Of a DNA stretch of 64,000 nucleotides, positions 58,603 to 64,000 are shown piece by piece; within the stretch, counting starts at the first letter, position 1, and the number at the start of each line of letters is the position of its first letter. The notes below the pieces were generated by a model. The model was not told the DNA's origin, searched no databases, and worked only from the letters and a program-made list of their open reading frames with translations. Origin of the DNA: Balanoglossus misakiensis (taxonomy: Eukaryota; Animalia; Hemichordata); NCBI GenBank assembly GCA_040954595.2, contig CM082577.2, forward strand, positions 682,001 to 746,000, in the 5' to 3' direction. The position numbers were made by a program, and so were the translations under genes.

Positions 58603-60281
58603 ACCCCAAGACCACTCATCTGAACAAACATTTTAGTTCCTTGTTGCAACCCCTGTCAAGTGTTCTTTTTTCTTGATCTCATGAAATTTGGACGAGATTG
58701 TTTATAAAAAAATATTAGTTGTTTGTGTTTACATCTTTGTTGATAATCTAGATGAATCATTTAATTATAATTATTATTATTGTTCGTTGTAGGAATACTT
58801 TGAGTCTGTTGTTTCTTTCAGAACACACTGTACTTTCCAGAAGTGTTTCAATAATGAAAATGTTTTGTTTTTATTTTTTCATTTGTGAATTATAAATGAG
58901 TTTGGAAAGTTTGATTGATTTGCATGGTAAATGTTGTCATGATATGTAGGCCAACACAAATACCAGATTACACATGGTGTTTGTGAAATTATTACAGTGG
59001 TGATTTGTTAATATGCAGTGTTGTTTCAAGCGTAGGGAAGATTGGAAATATTGCCAAAAAATGAAAAACTTTGAAATGAGAAAGATGTTTTAATTATCTT
59101 AAAAGCAAATAATGTACTCCTGTGTGTGGTGTCAAATCCATGGTCTTGTACTGTCCGGAATTTTTGTGTTGTAGAACTTTGACCCTGGGTGCGTGTTTAT
59201 TGTAAACAGTAAAAGGCAATACATGTAACGAGAGAGACAATGTAATTGGCAATTTTGTAAATTACTGCTGTTTTTGGAAGGCTCACATTGTCATTCATAC
59301 ACATTTGAATAAACCGGAACATCGCACCTGCCAAGGTATCTATAAGGGCGCCCTCTATAACATACATTTGTATTATTGTTTAGTAAAATTTGTAACAATT
59401 ATTCCCGGTATACCGTTAATCAGCCATATAAAGTTAACATAAACCAAACATTGATACAATGAAATATTTTATCCATGTATAACGATTATTTTATGTGTCA
59501 ACTGTTGCAAACAATTTTTGAATATTTTTTTTATCTTTGAAATTGTATACCATTATTCACAAGTTCTCATGTACTAATAGTTTTTTCAGCATTGAGAAGG
59601 TGTTTGCACTGTACAACTACAAACCACTGTTCTGCAAGACTCTAGGCGATACCATGAAGTTGGACAGTTATTTTGTTTAAAAAACTCTTACCTCATAGAT
59701 TTGGAGTGAAACACAGATTTGTATCTGCATGTTGAATTAACTTGAACGTAGACACGTTATGTATTAATCAAAGTGTGAATCTGTAGAGAAGTTTTGGAAG
59801 AGCACAGTTTACTGGCTTTTTTTGTCTTTGAGGATGGACAGTTCAAATTGCTTATGATGACTTTACAAATTCACTAGTAACTTGCCCGTTGTACTTTTTA
59901 CTCGTAAAAAAAGGGTCAAGATTGACCCAACAACAAAAATGACTGTGCCTAGTATTAGACAATTACGTGCTGTAATTTCGATTTGTATTTTATTCTTTTG
60001 TGCTGTCTTTCTCTCTTTCCTTTAAATGCTGTGGAGTTTTACATGTTTATGGTCATTATATATAAATAACCATACATAACAGATAACCCCATGCAGTACA
60101 GTGTATTGGACAAGTTGCCGATGTGTAGACCAGCCTGTGTACAGCTTTTTCTTTATGGATGAATCAGTAAAAAAACAACAAAAGTGGTCTTGACTTCAAG
60201 AGTGTCGTCTTCTTTTCTTTATCTGTTCTTTTACTAAGGTGTCAGAGTGGGTTTACAATTCAGTATTGGAATAGTTGACGA

Positions 60282-63200
60282 GGGTTATAGCTCATGAAAA
60301 TGTTCAAAAAACGACGATTTTTCAGGTTTGCGAATTTTCAAAATTTCTTCAAATCTTGATAAAAACCATGGGTTATAGCTCATGAAAATGTTCAAAAAAC
60401 GACGATTTTTCAGGTTTGCGAATTTTCAAAATTTCTTCAAATCTTGATAAAAACCATGGGTTATAGCTCATGAAAATGTTCAAAAAACGACGATTTTTCG
60501 AGTTTGCGAATTTTCAAAATTTCTTCAAATCTTGATAAAAACCATGGGTTATAGCTCATGAAAATGTTCAAAAAACGACGATTTTTCGAGTTTGCGAATT
60601 TTCAAAATTTCTTCAGATCTTGATAAAAACCATGGGTTATAGCTCATGAAAATGTTCAAAAAACGACGATTTTTCAGGTTTGCGAATTTTCAAAATGTCT
60701 TCAAATCTTGATAAAAACCATGGGTTATAACTCATGAAAATGTTCAAAAAACGACTATTTTTCGAGTTTGCGAATTCCCAAATTTCTTCAAATCTTGATA
60801 AAAACCATGGGTTATAGCTCATGAAAATGTTCAAAAAACGACGATTTTTCAGGTTTGCGAATTTTCAAAATTTCTTCAAATCTTGATAAAAACCATGGGT
60901 TATAGCTCATGAAAATGTTCAAAAAACGACGATTTTTCGAGTTTGCGAATTTTCAAAATTTCTTCAAATCTTGATAAAAACCATGGGTTATAGCTCATGA
61001 AAATGTTCAAAAAAACGACGATTTTTCGAGTTTGCGAATTTTCAAAATTTCTTCAAATCTTGATAAAAACCATGGGTTATAGCTCATGAAAATGTTCAAA
61101 AAACGACGATTTTTCAGGTTTGCGAATTTTCAAAATTTCTTCAAATCTTGATAAAAACCATGGGTTATAGCTCATGAAAATGTTCAAAAAACGACGATTT
61201 TTCGAGTTTGCGAATTTTCAAAATGTCTTCAAATCTTGATAAAAACCATGGGTTATAGCTCATGAAAATGTTCAAAAAACGACGATTTTTCGAGTTTGCG
61301 AATTTTCAAAATTTCTTCAAATCTTGATAAAAACCATGGGTTATAGCTCATGAAAATGTTCAAAAAACGACGATTTTTCGAGTTTGCGAATTTTCCAAAT
61401 TTCTTCAAATCTTGATAAAAACCATGGGTTATAGCTCATGAAAATGTTCAAAAAACGACGATTTTTCGAGTTTGCGAATTTTCCAAATTTCTTCAAATCT
61501 TGATAAAAACCATGGGTTATAGCTCATGAAAATGTTCAAAAAACGACGATTTTTCAGGTTTGCGAATTTTCAAAATTTCTTCAAATCTTGATAAAAACCA
61601 TGGGTTATAGCTCATGAAAATGTTCAAAAAACGACGATTTTTCGAGTTTGCGAATTTTCAAAATTTCTTCAAATCTTGATAAAAACCATGGGTTATAGCT
61701 CATGAAAATGTTCAAAAAACGACGATTTTTCAGGTTTGCGAATTTTCAAAATGTCTTCAAATCTTGATAAAAACCATGGGTTATAACTCATGAAAATGTT
61801 CAAAAAACGACTATTTTTCGAGTTTGCGAATTCCCAAATTTCTTCAAATCTTGATAAAAACCATGGGTTATAGCTCATGAAAATGTTCAAAAAACGACGA
61901 TTTTTCAGGTTTGCGAATTTTCAAAATTTCTTCAAATCTTGATAAAAACCATGGGTTATAGCTCATGAAAATGTTCAAAAAACGACGATTTTTCGAGTTT
62001 GCGAATTTTCAAAATTTCTTCAAATCTTGATAAAAACCATGGGTTATAGCTCATGAAAATGTTCAAAAAAACGACGATTTTTCGAGTTTGCGAATTTTCA
62101 AAATTTCTTCAAATCTTGATAAAAACCATGGGTTATAGCTCATGAAAATGTTCAAAAAACGACGATTTTTCAGGTTTGCGAATTTTCAAAATTTCTTCAA
62201 ATCTTGATAAAAACCATGGGTTATAGCTCATGAAAATGTTCAAAAAACGACGATTTTTCGAGTTTGCGAATTTTCAAAATGTCTTCAAATCTTGATAAAA
62301 ACCATGGGTTATAGCTCATGAAAATGTTCAAAAAACGACGATTTTTCAGGTTTGCGAATTTTCCAAATTTCTTCAAATCTTGATAAAAACCATGGGTTAT
62401 AGCTCATGAAAATGTTCAAAAAACGACGATTTTTCAGGTTTGCGAATTTTCAAAATTTCTTCAAATCTTGATAAAAACCATGGGTTATAGCTCATGAAAA
62501 TGTTCAAAAAACGACGATTTTTCAGGTTTGCGAATTTTCAAAATTTCTTCAAATCTTGATAAAAACCATGGGTTATAGCTCATGAAAATGTTCAAAAAAC
62601 GACGATTTTTCGAGTTTGCGAATTTTCCAAATTTCTTCAAATCTTGATAAAAACCATGGGTTATAGCTCATGAAAATGTTCAAAAAACGACGATTTTTCG
62701 AGTTTGCGAATTTTCCAAATTTCTTCAAATCTTGATAAAAACCATGGGTTATAGCTCATGAAAATGTTCAAAAAACGACGATTTTTCAGGTTTGCGAATT
62801 TTCAAAATGTCTTCAAATCTTGATAAAAACCATGGGTTATAGCTCATGAAAATGTTCAAAAAACGACGATTTTTCGAGTTTGCGAATTTTCAAAATGTCT
62901 TCAAATCTTGATAAAAACCATGGGTTATAGCTCATGAAAATGTTCAAAAAACGACGATTTTTCGAGTTTGCGAATTTTCAAAATTTCTTCAAATCTTGAT
63001 AAAAACCATGGGTTATAGCTCATGAAAATGTTCAAAAAACGACGATTTTTCAGGTTTGCGAATTTTCAAAATTTCTTCAAATCTTGATAAAAACCATGGG
63101 TTATAGCTCATGAAAATGTTCAAAAAACGACGATTTTTCGAGTTTGCGAATTTTCAAAATTTCTTCAAATCTTGATAAAAACCATGGGTTATAGCTCATG

Positions 63201-64000
63201 AAAATGTTCAAAAAACGACGATTTTTCGAGTTTGCGAATTTTCCAAATTTCTTCAAATCTTGATAAAAACCATGGGTTATAGCTCATGAAAATGTTCAAA
63301 AAACGACAATTTTTGAGTTTGCGAATTTTCCAAATTTCTTCAAATCTTGATAAAAACCATGGGTTATAGCTCATGAAAATGTTCAAAAAACGACGATTTT
63401 TCGAGTTTGCGAATTTTCCAAATTTCTTCAAATCTTGATAAAAACCATGGGTTATAACTCATGAAAATGTTCAAAAAACGACGATTTTTCGAGTTTGCGA
63501 ATTCCCAAATTTCTTCAAATCTTGATAAAAACCATGGGTTATAGCTCATGAAAATCATCAAAAAACGACGATTTTTCGAGTTTGCGAATTTTCAAAATTT
63601 CTTCAAATCTTGATAAAAACCATGGGTTATAGCTCATGAAAATGTTCAAAAAACGACGATTTTTCGAGTTTGCGAATTTTCAAAATTTCTTCAAATCTTG
63701 ATAAAAACCATGGGTTATAGCTCATGAAAATGTTCAAAAAACGACGATTTTTCGAGTTTGCGAATTTTCAAAATTTCTTCAAATCTTGATAAAAACCATG
63801 GGTTATAGCTCATGAAAATGTTCAAAAAACGACGATTTTTCAGGTTTGCGAATTTTCAAAATTTCTTCAAATCTTGATAAAAACCATGGGTTATAGCTCA
63901 TGAAAATGTTCAAAAAACGACGATTTTTCAGGTTTGCGAATTTTCAAAATTTCTTCAAATCTTGATAAAAACCATGGGTTATAGCTCATGAAAATGTTCA
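60282..64000. repeat. Satellite array B: at least 42 tandem copies of an 88-bp monomer, same family as array A, opposite orientation, runs off the window
   Basis: Monomer CATGGGTTATAGCTCATGAAAATGTTCAAAAAACGACGATTTTTCGAGTTTGCGAATTTTCAAAATTTCTTCAAATCTTGATAAAAAC, colinear with the reverse complement of the array A monomer. Confidence 0.98.

Overview
Intron-rich, AT-rich animal genomic DNA. Protein similarity suggests an invertebrate deuterostome, possibly a hemichordate; this is inference. Spliced gene models read by hand, in order: the 3' part of an SLC38A10-like amino-acid transporter (+, ends 6524); a single-exon secreted coiled-coil protein with an angiopoietin-like N-terminus but no fibrinogen domain (-, ~16 kb); an O-fucosyltransferase-family gene (-); a mitochondrial-clan cytochrome P450 (-); RPSA (-, TCT/5'TOP promoter) head-to-head with TEDC2 (+, with a U12-type minor intron); and FoxK (+). 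The main structural feature is a pair of related 87-bp and 88-bp satellite arrays (22.6-30.3 kb, and 60.3 kb to the window end) in opposite orientation around the 30-kb five-gene block. The first array ends in a 37-bp fold-back and is bounded by a near-perfect 12-bp direct repeat, which suggests a mobile Foldback-like satellite. Gene names come from recalled similarity to known proteins, not from database searches.
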